Below, piece by piece: positions 1 to 9,299 of a stretch of DNA of 64,000 bases. Origin of the DNA: a virus; IMG/VR virus record IMGVR_UViG_3300026484_000295, positions 32,001-96,000 of that record, one strand, 5' to 3'. Positions within the stretch are counted from its first letter, which is position 1; every line of letters starts with the position of its first letter. The notes beneath the pieces were generated by a model that did no database searches, was not told the DNA's origin, and saw only the letters and a program-made list of their open reading frames with translations. The translations under genes and the position numbers were made by a program.

Positions 1-359
1 TCTGCAGGCGCTAAATCCTTCAATGCTTCATTGATTTCATCTACCGCCGTTGATATTTTTGTTGTAGTACTAAATTCAAATAAACCATCCGGATAATATT
101 CGCCGTCCCTTGTAAAACCAATTTCATCTGAGCCTAATAAAACAACTTCTAATATATGTGGTTCATAAGGTAGTCCAGTCTGAGGATCCAATTTTAGATT
201 AACACTTTGAAATTTTCCAATAGAAGTATTATACCAAATCCTGCCTAATCGCCACTCTGATTCGGGTGGTACAGCATCTAAAGTTTCTGGTACTAAATTT
301 TTAATTTTAGCATTTGGGCTCATATTTAGATGTTGTTTTAAATAAAAATCTGCTGACAT
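1..359 (-). CDS. Virion structural/fibre protein, N-terminal part (runs off the window start)
   Basis: Not in the ORF track. ATG at 359 follows a GGAG SD. Reads MSADFYLKQHLNMSPNAKIKNLVPETL...GRIWYNTS, resembling the N-terminus of 46705..48975 (NSKFSNLVIENL...GRLWFNNT). Confidence 0.65.
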   Translation of the reverse strand, partial: MSADFYLKQHLNMSPNAKIKNLVPETLDAVPPESEWRLGRIWYNTSIGKFQSVNLKLDPQTGLPYEPHILEVVLLGSDEIGFTRDGEYYPDGLFEFSTTTKISTAVDEINEALKDLAPA

Positions 360-442
360 ATATGCTCTCCGTTTTTATATCATTTTTATATATTTATTCA
401 TTTTTTTGTAAAATATTATTAATTCAATTAAAGAGGAACTAT

Positions 443-1171
443 ATGAAAAAAGAAACACTAGACGAATTAACTAAATTACAAGATGCCCTAAATGAGTTGA
501 TAACTCCAAATTGGAAATCTAATCGCAATGAATTAGATTTTATGGTTGCAAACCATCAGGAAATGGCAGAATTGATTGATACTGAATATATTGATACTGA
601 TGGACAAAAGCATGCATTAGGTTGGAAATGGTGGAAAGGTGCAGAGGGTCAAAGAACTATGGATTATGTTGATTGGGATTCAATGCATGAGGGTGTGAAA
701 AATAATATTAAAATCGAATTAACCGATCTACTATTTTTTACACTTTCTCAAAAGGTACTTGGAGACCTGACAGGTGAAGATGAAACTATACAACTTAGTG
801 AGAATGATTGGATTAACTTTGTAAGCATTTCAGCAAACAATTTACTACAACGTCCTGGTGCAGCTTTAATGCTAATCTTAGAATTAGCAAATAAAATCGG
901 CTTCAATATAAGTGCGTATTATATAGCAAAACATACTTTAAATCATATCAGGCAACTATCAGGCTATAAAGATGGGACATATGTAAAGGTTAATAAAGGT
1001 ATTGAAGACAATGAATTATTACACTCTGTTATTGAGCATATTTCTATCAATGACATAGATAATAACTTTGTAAACATAGCCGATAAAATTATTGATGATA
1101 CATATGATATTTTTAATGTTGATAATAAAGATAGAATGACTATTCTAAAATGGAAAAATATTCTAAAATAA
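443..1171 (+). CDS. dut: Dimeric all-alpha dUTPase (dUTPase_2 family)
   Basis: Motifs EMAELID, WKWWK, IKIELTDLLFF, KHTLNHIRQLSGYKDGTY-K and EDNE match the Campylobacter-type dUTPase. ATG 443 follows an AAGAGG SD. Confidence 0.85.
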   Translation: MKKETLDELTKLQDALNELITPNWKSNRNELDFMVANHQEMAELIDTEYIDTDGQKHALGWKWWKGAEGQRTMDYVDWDSMHEGVKNNIKIELTDLLFFTLSQKVLGDLTGEDETIQLSENDWINFVSISANNLLQRPGAALMLILELANKIGFNISAYYIAKHTLNHIRQLSGYKDGTYVKVNKGIEDNELLHSVIEHISINDIDNNFVNIADKIIDDTYDIFNVDNKDRMTILKWKNILK

Positions 1172-1181
1172 AGGCAAAGGT

Positions 1182-1607
1182 ATGGAAGATAAAAATCTTG
1201 AAGAATTATCAGAGAACGAAATAGTTGATGCATTGATTACACCTATACAACCTCCAGCTAATTCTTTAGAAGAAAGCGGAGATGAATTGAGAGCTATGGG
1301 TTTTAGAGATATTTCGGAGGCTGATGATAAACAAGTCATGGAAGAAGCTATGAAAAATATTCAGATTACTAAGCTTTTATCAGATGCATCTCGAGGAACA
1401 AAAGACAAAAAATCTATTAAAGATTACTTAGAACAACATATTAAATTTTTAGAAAGTGTGTCTCCAGGTAAATCATTAACAGACATTATTGAAAAAATAA
1501 CTGTTGAACATGCAAAAGCAATTTTAAAAACAACAGCAAAACAATCTGATGTTCCAGATGCAGTAATAAAAAAACATTTGAAAACATTGAAGAAAAAATA
1601 TACTTAA
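1182..1607 (+). CDS. Hypothetical protein
   Basis: 141-aa ORF with an SD, co-oriented with its neighbours. Confidence 0.7.
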   Translation: MEDKNLEELSENEIVDALITPIQPPANSLEESGDELRAMGFRDISEADDKQVMEEAMKNIQITKLLSDASRGTKDKKSIKDYLEQHIKFLESVSPGKSLTDIIEKITVEHAKAILKTTAKQSDVPDAVIKKHLKTLKKKYT

Positions 1608-1656
1608 TTGTATAATTATATATGAAAACAAATTAAAAACAAAAAGGATTTAAAAA

Positions 1657-1953
1657 ATGGCAATAGAATTTGATACAGAAGTTATGGAAAATGCAATGAG
1701 AGCATCACTAATTATCGCTCAACAAGAAGAAATTTTAAATGAAGCTTTAGGTACTCTTGCAGCAGATTTTGGTGTAAGTAAAGGTATCGCTAAAAAAATA
1801 ATTAAAGCTTTTGCAGCAGATAAAATTGAGAAAACTCAAGAAAAAATGGAAGATGAAAGAAGTGCATTAGCAAACGCAGATTTAATGTTAGAAGCTGTTG
1901 AAAATATGTCTTTTGAACCAGAAGATTTATTAGATGAAGAAACTGAAAACTAA
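1657..1953 (+). CDS. Small helical protein, possibly T4 DsbA/GapR-like DNA-binding protein
   Basis: 98 aa. The pattern 'EEILNEALGTLAADFGVSKGIAKKIIKAF' loosely resembles DsbA/DUF2312. TGTATAAT and an SD lie upstream. Confidence 0.4.
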   Translation: MAIEFDTEVMENAMRASLIIAQQEEILNEALGTLAADFGVSKGIAKKIIKAFAADKIEKTQEKMEDERSALANADLMLEAVENMSFEPEDLLDEETEN

Positions 1954-1975
1954 AATTTAAAGCAAGGTTTATTTT

Positions 1976-2806
1976 ATGAAAAATATCAAACATAATCAAT
2001 CTCATACTAACGAATATGAGATTGAAATCCCTATACCAGTAACAAAGCCTAAAAATATATCTGTCTTTGACGATCAACAAAGAAATATAGCGGTTTTGCG
2101 TATATATGGTGAAATTGATGAACCCTCAGAATATATTGAAGAACTATCAAAATTAAATAATTTATCACATCAATATGATGTTATTGAAATTACACTTAAT
2201 TCACCAGGTGGAAGTCTTAATACTGCTGTCGATTTAGCTTCAATTATTAATAACTTTCAGCATGTTGTGACTATTGGTAAAGGTGAAGTGGCTTCTGCTG
2301 CATTTATGATTTGGACTATGGGAGATATTAAGGTCGTTACTGATTACTCTATGTATATGGCTCATAGAGAATCATATGGCATGTATGGTAAAACTTCAGA
2401 ACATAAAGCTGCTGCCAATGTTTTTGGTGAAGTATATGAAGAATTATTTGAAGATTGTTTTGGTAATATTTTAACTAAAGAAGAAAAACAAATTGCAGAA
2501 AGAAGCGAAGCATGGATTTCCTATAAAGACTTACTATCTCGTCCAGGTGTAATTTCGTATGACAGTTATATTGAACCGGCTAATCCATATTCTATTATGG
2601 ACACTTATATTTCAAATGATGGTAAAATGTTTATGTTTGATAATGAAATCGGAGCATTTAGAACTATCAAAATTAAATATGGTAATGAGATTATTACCGA
2701 TATGACCGATTATCTTTATGGAATTACAGCAATTACAAAATTACCAAAGATTAAAAATAAACCTTCTAAAAATGTAAAATTAAAGAAAAAGAAGGATAAC
2801 AAATGA
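1976..2806 (+). CDS. ClpP/crotonase-fold protease-like protein
   Basis: IYGEID, LNSPGGS, VASAA (catalytic Ser) and MAH (His) motifs. Confidence 0.75.
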   Translation: MKNIKHNQSHTNEYEIEIPIPVTKPKNISVFDDQQRNIAVLRIYGEIDEPSEYIEELSKLNNLSHQYDVIEITLNSPGGSLNTAVDLASIINNFQHVVTIGKGEVASAAFMIWTMGDIKVVTDYSMYMAHRESYGMYGKTSEHKAAANVFGEVYEELFEDCFGNILTKEEKQIAERSEAWISYKDLLSRPGVISYDSYIEPANPYSIMDTYISNDGKMFMFDNEIGAFRTIKIKYGNEIITDMTDYLYGITAITKLPKIKNKPSKNVKLKKKKDNK

Positions 2807-3693
2807 TACCAAACCAACCAGTAAAAGTAGATGTCGAAGAAGCACAAGATTTAGCAAATATTAAAACATCAAAAATTAAAATAGGACTAGATGATATAGA
2901 CAATTTTATCAAAGATGAAATTAAAGATAGTTTTTATATGAAATTTTCTAATGGAGATTTTGAAAAATCATGGTCAGAGTATAAATCAATTCCTGTATTT
3001 TTAGCAAAAGGAAATATTTATGATCTGGTACCGGAAGGTATTTCTAAAGAGACACATTATGTATTACGTTTAGTTGCAACATGGCATGTTGAAAAAGCAT
3101 TAAATGCTTTAAAATTCGATACTGATAATGATGATAATCTTAAAATAGATACCTCTATGGGTAATATTGGTACAGCGGGACGTATAGCAAAAATATGGGC
3201 AGGAAATACTTTAGATTCTGAAAATATTAGAGAATATGGTGATGGAAGATTTACAAAAATGCCAAGACTTGCAGCATTTCCAGCATCTGAAAAAGATAGA
3301 AAACGACCTGTTACTGTTAATATTGAAAATGCTGGAATTGGAAGTGTATGTTCCCACCACTTCCTACCATTCAGTATTACGAATGATAATAATAGCAGAA
3401 TAGTAATTTCATACATTCCAAAAGATAAACTATTAGGCTTAAGTAAAATCGGCAGATTTGTAGAGTGGTGTTTAAATAGGCCGTCATTGCAAGAAGAGGT
3501 AACTGCACTAATTCATGAAAAAATTTCTAAAATTGCAGAAACTGAAGATGTGTACGTTGGTCTTTTTAATATTGTTCACAGTTGTGAAACTACTCGTGGT
3601 GCAAAACAATATTCTACTACTACAACTGAAGATTATAGCGGTGTATTTGATGACCCGATTATGAGAAGTACTATTTTAGATGGAATCAAATAA
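2803..3693 (+). CDS. folE: GTP cyclohydrolase I
   Basis: TAGRIAK, SVCSHHFLPF, GLSKIGR, RPSLQE and HSCETTRG Zn/GTP motifs. Confidence 0.9.
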   Translation: MIPNQPVKVDVEEAQDLANIKTSKIKIGLDDIDNFIKDEIKDSFYMKFSNGDFEKSWSEYKSIPVFLAKGNIYDLVPEGISKETHYVLRLVATWHVEKALNALKFDTDNDDNLKIDTSMGNIGTAGRIAKIWAGNTLDSENIREYGDGRFTKMPRLAAFPASEKDRKRPVTVNIENAGIGSVCSHHFLPFSITNDNNSRIVISYIPKDKLLGLSKIGRFVEWCLNRPSLQEEVTALIHEKISKIAETEDVYVGLFNIVHSCETTRGAKQYSTTTTEDYSGVFDDPIMRSTILDGIK

Positions 3694-4147
3694 AATACAG
3701 ATAGGAGGTTATGATACTCATAACCTCAGCGACAATTCAGTTTTTTTTGCATCAAAACATAAAAAATCAAAAATATCTTTCATTATACATAGCATTACAA
3801 TTATAAATGATTCAGAAATATTTAAAATTTTATTAAAAAATAAGTTTATTATTCGTATAATGAAGTTTAAAGATGAACAAACACAACAACCATCACTTGT
3901 TATAGACTTTGTTGACACAATATCAAATCAAATTAAGTCTAAACCCAATAAAATATTTTATAATGGTGTTGGTGTTGGTGGATTTTTATTTGAATTAAAT
4001 TATATTTCCCAATGGGAAATACCTATTATTGATAAGCTATTAAGATCTTTCGTTATAGGTTCTAAAGAAGATTTTTTGGAAATTATCAAATCATATAATC
4101 TATTTTTAAATAGTGAAACACAATTATTCATCGAAACCCATTTTTAA
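3680..4147 (+). CDS. Hypothetical protein
   Basis: 155-aa ORF overlapping the folE stop. Confidence 0.6.
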   Translation: MESNKIQIGGYDTHNLSDNSVFFASKHKKSKISFIIHSITIINDSEIFKILLKNKFIIRIMKFKDEQTQQPSLVIDFVDTISNQIKSKPNKIFYNGVGVGGFLFELNYISQWEIPIIDKLLRSFVIGSKEDFLEIIKSYNLFLNSETQLFIETHF

Positions 4148-4874
4148 AAGGTATAAATTGAACTATTCACCATATTCATTTTCCAAAATTAACACTTACA
4201 AACATTGCCAAAAAAAATTTGAATGGACTTACGTAAATAAAAAAAATATCGATAAAAATTATAGTGATCCTACATATTTTCAACGAGGACGCTTCATACA
4301 TCAATATATCGCAAAACGGTTATTAGGTCAAAATATAGAAATAAATGGTTATTCATCAATAGAAATAGATGATAAATTAGATTTGATAGACCGGGCAGAT
4401 AAAGCATTGGAAAATGAATATATAAATATAACGTTCGATTTTGATATTACGGAAGTAGAACAACCTATTAAATTAGATAAATCTTGTAAAATTTCTAAAT
4501 CAAAAAAAGATAGCATGTTTACGGGTTTTATAGATTATTATGCAGTACATGATAACTTAGGTACAATCGTTGACTGGAAAAGTGGAAAATTTAGAGATAA
4601 TCCAAGTTTTGAACAATTACAATTATACTCTATATGGCTAATAGAAAAATACCCACAAATAGATGAAATCGATTTACTTTATTATTATATCGAACATAAT
4701 AAATTTAATATCTTAACAATAGATAAAGAAGCGGTTATTAAATTTCGAGATAGTCTATTATATGATATTTCTACGATAGAAAAAACTGATACTTTTTCTA
4801 TTAATCCATCTAAACAATGTGTGTATTGTCCTTTTTTTGAATCTTGTTTAGATGAATTTAATATTCTAATTTAA
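4113..4874 (+). CDS. Cas4/AddB-like PD-(D/E)XK exonuclease with Fe-S cysteines
   Basis: YSFSKINTYKHC, GRFIH, GFID...VDWKSG, QLQLY and a C-terminal CxxCxxxxxC. The real start may be the TTG at 4158. Confidence 0.85.
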   Translation: MKHNYSSKPIFKRYKLNYSPYSFSKINTYKHCQKKFEWTYVNKKNIDKNYSDPTYFQRGRFIHQYIAKRLLGQNIEINGYSSIEIDDKLDLIDRADKALENEYINITFDFDITEVEQPIKLDKSCKISKSKKDSMFTGFIDYYAVHDNLGTIVDWKSGKFRDNPSFEQLQLYSIWLIEKYPQIDEIDLLYYYIEHNKFNILTIDKEAVIKFRDSLLYDISTIEKTDTFSINPSKQCVYCPFFESCLDEFNILI

Positions 4875-5213
4875 ATTATATTGTTCTTGAATTAGAGCAG
4901 ATAATGCATTTTTAAGTATATCTTCATATTTACTTTTCGATGCTGGTCCTGCTAGATTACCATAAACTTTACCTTTTTTCATAAATAAAACTGCTGGTAA
5001 TGTATTCATCTGAAAATAAGAAGCTACTTTGTGTTGTTCTAATATACGACATAGATAAATATCTACTTTCCCTTTTAAACGTTCATCAAATTCTTTAAAT
5101 ATTTCTAGAATCCGAGTTTTAGTTGGTATATCATCTGAATAAAATAATATATATTGTGCTTTATCTTCTAATAAAAATGCATCAACATTTTCATCTGTTA
5201 AATCTTTTATCAA
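4866..5213 (-). CDS. Thioredoxin-fold protein lacking CxxC
   Basis: 'YFQMNTLPAVLFMKKGKVYGNLAG' follows the thioredoxin C-terminal pattern. The active-site position reads SDDIPT. Confidence 0.65.
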   Translation of the reverse strand: MIKDLTDENVDAFLLEDKAQYILFYSDDIPTKTRILEIFKEFDERLKGKVDIYLCRILEQHKVASYFQMNTLPAVLFMKKGKVYGNLAGPASKSKYEDILKNALSALIQEQYNLN

Positions 5214-5287
5214 TTCTATCTCCTTTGTTATATAGATTAATTTTACATTTTTTTGTAAAATATTAAAAAAGAAAATAAGGAAAATAT

Positions 5288-7819
5288 ATGAATAACCTTT
5301 CTAAAAAGGCAACAGATTATTTAAAACATTTAAATGACTTGGATATTGCATGGTTTGAAGATAAAAATTCAAAGTTTGTTATGCTATTTGAAAAACCTTC
5401 ACAAGTTAAAGCTATAAAACCTGTTATGGGCTCTACAAAAGATACAAAACATATTAAAAATATTTCTCTTGCTGGCCATACAATGAGACTAAAGAATTTT
5501 GATGAATATAATACTAAACTAAAGGACAAATCATGGTATAAAATGGTTAAAGATAAAGATTTACCGTTTATACCTGATAACTATGAGTTAGTTGTTAAAG
5601 AAAAATCAACAGGTAAATTTAAAACCGATTATCAAGAAATGGTTTTAAATGCCAAGCGGGCATTTGATGAAGCTGATTGGATTGTTTTAGGTGTTGATCC
5701 TGATAATGAAGGGTGTGCATTAGGGATGGAAGTTATTATGAAATGTAATGCTGAAGATAAAGTAATCGGTATGGTTAATATGTCCAAACTTGATTTTCAT
5801 TCATTAAAAGAAGAAGTTAAAACTTTAGATAAAATACCTTTTTGGAATATGGCTCAGAGTGGTTTTGCTAGAGGAGAGTTTGACTGGGCTTTTGGTTTAA
5901 ATAATACTATTTTAGCATCGGTATTATTAGGCGGTGGACAAACATATCATATCGGCGGCGTAAAATCACCAGTTATAAGAATGGTAGTAGATAGATTGAA
6001 TCATATTAAAAATTTTAAGCCTGTTAAATACTGGAGATTTGGAGGGTTAGCAAAACATAAAGAATCTGGTGTAGAATTTAATTATATTATAAAAATTAAA
6101 CAAGATGATACAGACATTATCAAAACTCAAAAAAATATAGATAAACTTGAGAAGGAATTAGAGTCCATCGATAAAGATAATGAAATCAATAAAGATAAAG
6201 TTTCGTCATTATATAATGAATTAGGCAAATTAAGATGGAAATTAAATGAATCGGTTAAAGAATTTGAGAGTTCAGAGAGAGATATTTATTCAAGTAAAAT
6301 GAGAAAAAAAGTTGAAAATGCTATAAAAGAGGGTATGAATTTTAAAGTGAGTAAATACGTACAAAAAAATAATCTCACTCAAAATCCACCTTTAGCATAT
6401 TCATTAACCGACTTACAATCGGAGGCAGGAAATTTACATAATTTTACTCCTGCAAAAACATTGGCTACAGCACAGAAATTATATGAAGGTCAATGGCAAT
6501 CTTATCCTAGAACAGATAATAGATATTACGCAAGTGGTGAAATGTCAAATATTAAAAAAATAATACCAAATTTATTGAATTTATCATCATTTAAAAATGT
6601 TAATATTCCTACCCCGTTTAAAGTAAAAACCGGAGTATTTAATAGTGCGAAAGTATCAGCCCACACAGGTTTGGCACCAACAGCAAAAGAAATGACTGAT
6701 AAATCATTATCCGGAGAACAAAAAATTATTTTTGATATGGTTGCGACAAGATACCTTATTCAATTCATGGATAAATTTGAATACTATAAAGTAGAAATGG
6801 ATGCCGATATTGATGATGATATATATCTGACTACCTTCCAAAATATCCAAACTAAAAAAGGTTGGAGAGAATTATATAATCCGGCTAATATGTACGGTTT
6901 TACTTATGTAGAACAACAAACTTTACCAACAATGAAAAAAGGCGATGACATCGAAATCATCACAATAGAAAAAGAATCATTAGAAACCAAACCAAAACCT
7001 ATGTTTAGTGAATTCAGTTTATTAAAAGGCATGGAAAATATTTCTCGTATATATCCAGAATTAGAAGGATTAGAAAAAGGTATAGGAACTCCGGCTACAA
7101 GAGCAAGCATATTAGATGCTTTATTTAAATCAAAATATCTAATTAAAAAAGGCAGAGTCATTGATGCAAGTGAAAAAGCAATAATACTTACAAATTTATT
7201 ACCTGATGAAATGACTAACCCTAAATTAAGAGCTGATATGGAAGCAAAACTTAATCAGATCGTTGATGGTAGTTTGACAAAAAAAGAGTATGAATTAGAG
7301 TTTAAGAAAATGGTTGAAGAACAGGCTAAAAAATTATATGAAATAGGCAAAAAACATAAAATTGAAATAATTGATAAAGCTACTTTACCTCCTAGTGAAG
7401 CACAATTAAAATTTGCAAAAACTATGGAGAAAGAATTAAATATAAAAATTCCTAAAGAAGCTCTAGAACTTAAAGATGAATTAACCAAATGGCTTAAAAA
7501 ACATGAAAAGAAGATGCCTAATTTGCTTTCTGATAAACAGGTTGCATTTTTAACTGAATATGGTCAGGATGATGAAGAAATCATAGCAATATTAGAAGCC
7601 AATGCTAAAAGAGAAATGACAAAAGAACAAAAATTCAAAGCATCTAAATGGTTAGGAACTTATATGCGAACTAGTGAATATCAGAAAAAGAGAGCTGCAA
7701 AAGCAGCTGCTACTAGAAAACGTAATAGAGAAGCTAAAATGAAAGCTATGGGCATTGAAACCCCAACAGTTTCTATAAAACGTCCACGTAAAAAGAAAGA
7801 GAAAAAAGAAAATAAATAA
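5288..7819 (+). CDS. Type IA DNA topoisomerase (topo III-like)
   Basis: EKPS, GH, DPDNEG toprim motifs; AQKLYE, SYPRTD (catalytic Tyr), GIGTPATRASI; basic C-terminal tail. Confidence 0.93.
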   Translation: MNNLSKKATDYLKHLNDLDIAWFEDKNSKFVMLFEKPSQVKAIKPVMGSTKDTKHIKNISLAGHTMRLKNFDEYNTKLKDKSWYKMVKDKDLPFIPDNYELVVKEKSTGKFKTDYQEMVLNAKRAFDEADWIVLGVDPDNEGCALGMEVIMKCNAEDKVIGMVNMSKLDFHSLKEEVKTLDKIPFWNMAQSGFARGEFDWAFGLNNTILASVLLGGGQTYHIGGVKSPVIRMVVDRLNHIKNFKPVKYWRFGGLAKHKESGVEFNYIIKIKQDDTDIIKTQKNIDKLEKELESIDKDNEINKDKVSSLYNELGKLRWKLNESVKEFESSERDIYSSKMRKKVENAIKEGMNFKVSKYVQKNNLTQNPPLAYSLTDLQSEAGNLHNFTPAKTLATAQKLYEGQWQSYPRTDNRYYASGEMSNIKKIIPNLLNLSSFKNVNIPTPFKVKTGVFNSAKVSAHTGLAPTAKEMTDKSLSGEQKIIFDMVATRYLIQFMDKFEYYKVEMDADIDDDIYLTTFQNIQTKKGWRELYNPANMYGFTYVEQQTLPTMKKGDDIEIITIEKESLETKPKPMFSEFSLLKGMENISRIYPELEGLEKGIGTPATRASILDALFKSKYLIKKGRVIDASEKAIILTNLLPDEMTNPKLRADMEAKLNQIVDGSLTKKEYELEFKKMVEEQAKKLYEIGKKHKIEIIDKATLPPSEAQLKFAKTMEKELNIKIPKEALELKDELTKWLKKHEKKMPNLLSDKQVAFLTEYGQDDEEIIAILEANAKREMTKEQKFKASKWLGTYMRTSEYQKKRAAKAAATRKRNREAKMKAMGIETPTVSIKRPRKKKEKKENK

Positions 7820-7832
7820 TTCTTTTTTTCTC

Positions 7833-7840
7833 TATAAATA
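7833..7840 (+). promoter_or_regulatory. T4-type late promoter TATAAATA
   Basis: Exact motif about 20 nt upstream of the 7862 ORF. Confidence 0.6.
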
Positions 7841-7861
7841 AATTAAAAAAGGATTGTATGA

Positions 7862-8170
7862 ATGACACTGCTTGAATTAAATGAATCCCTTTCTCTAAAT
7901 TTTGAAAACGGCATTATTGTATATTTGGATAAATCGAATAAAACGTTTAGATTTATGGATCCAAAAGATAGTAAACGTCGAGGTTTAACAACAACTATAA
8001 AAAATAAAAACGATTATAAAAAACTAACACGTTATTATAAAATTGATAGCAGCTTTGATGAGTTTGTACCTTTGAGTAATGAATTTAAGAAAAATAATAA
8101 GTCAAATGAAATGAGAAAAGTTTTAGCTGCTATGCAAAATGATATTCTTAAATTAACTAAAGGTATATAA
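7862..8170 (+). CDS. Hypothetical late protein
   Basis: 102-aa ORF after TATAAATA and an AAGGA SD. Confidence 0.65.
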   Translation: MTLLELNESLSLNFENGIIVYLDKSNKTFRFMDPKDSKRRGLTTTIKNKNDYKKLTRYYKIDSSFDEFVPLSNEFKKNNKSNEMRKVLAAMQNDILKLTKGI

Positions 8171-8172
8171 TA

Positions 8173-9126
8173 ATGGCTTATGGGCATTATTCTCGACGTT
8201 ATTCATATGAAAGTCCATCACCGGTAGAAGTATCAGATACCGATATAAAGACCTTATTTGATACTCTTAAAGAACAAATAGAAAATAATAAATTAAAAGA
8301 TATAAGATCAACATTATCTAAACTAAAATTATCTTCAAATGAAAAATATAAAGATTATGTCGGGTTTAATGCTGTAATTATAGCTTATATACACGCATTA
8401 AAAATAGGCAGTAATAAAGCAATAAATAGTTTAGAAAAAACTATTTTTAAAAAAAATTTTACATTTGATGGGTTAAATATTATATCGCTTTCTAAAATTC
8501 TAAAAAATGATTTTAAATTATTTATAGATCAATATCTGATACATAAAAACGCAATATACACAATAAATGATAATGAAACTATTACCTTTTTATTCTTAAA
8601 TTATCCTACTGAAACAGAAATAATTATTCAAAATGGTAAAATTAGTAAATTTATAAAAGGGCAGGATAGATTAAATGTAATACTATCAATAATTAAGTAT
8701 TCTAAGTTATTTGAAACTATTGTAACTAGTTTAACAACTTTGTATGGTATCGAATACGTAGATAAATTCTCGATTAAATATGATACTTTGAAAAAAATTC
8801 ATGATGAAATAATCTTAAAACCAAAAAACCTCTTAAAGTCTCTATTAAATGATTTTTACTATATTATATATAGAGAATTTATAACTGCAGATATTTTAAG
8901 TTATGATTTAGAACATAAATTATTATTAGAAATTACACAAAAAAATTATATTGACTCTATACTAAATATAAGTGAAAAAAAACTTTTTGAATTATTATAT
9001 TCAATTAAAGATCCTGTATTGCGCACTAATTTTATAGTTAGTTCTGAAAAAGTATTATCATTAATTATTAAAAATGGAGATAATACACTCATCCCTGATG
9101 AAATAAAGGACATATTTCTTTTTTAA
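8173..9126 (+). CDS. Hypothetical protein
   Basis: 317-aa ORF with no recognisable motif. Confidence 0.65.
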   Translation: MAYGHYSRRYSYESPSPVEVSDTDIKTLFDTLKEQIENNKLKDIRSTLSKLKLSSNEKYKDYVGFNAVIIAYIHALKIGSNKAINSLEKTIFKKNFTFDGLNIISLSKILKNDFKLFIDQYLIHKNAIYTINDNETITFLFLNYPTETEIIIQNGKISKFIKGQDRLNVILSIIKYSKLFETIVTSLTTLYGIEYVDKFSIKYDTLKKIHDEIILKPKNLLKSLLNDFYYIIYREFITADILSYDLEHKLLLEITQKNYIDSILNISEKKLFELLYSIKDPVLRTNFIVSSEKVLSLIIKNGDNTLIPDEIKDIFLF

Positions 9127-9176
9127 AAAAATTGTAAAATATTATACAAATAACACAGTATAATAAGGTATTTACA

Positions 9177-9299
9177 ATGACACTATCTCACAAAAAAATA
9201 AAATCTATTAAAAAAGTTAAATATTATGATAAAGTATATGATATAACTATGAAGTCCAATCCACACACATTTTTTGCTAATAATATTCTAGTCCATAAC
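9177..9299 (+). mobile_element. Split intein C-terminal half (IntC, 41 aa)
   Basis: Has its own start codon and SD, ends His-Asn followed by Ser, and has no N-terminal intein blocks in frame upstream. Confidence 0.88.

Noticed and set aside
314-442. N-terminal extension of the dUTPase ORF from TTG 314
   Set aside because: It overlaps the divergent gene starting at 359; the SD and promoter motif support ATG 443.
4113-4874. Cas4 as part of a CRISPR-Cas system
   Set aside because: No repeat-spacer array or other cas genes were seen, and solo Cas4-like nucleases are common in phages.
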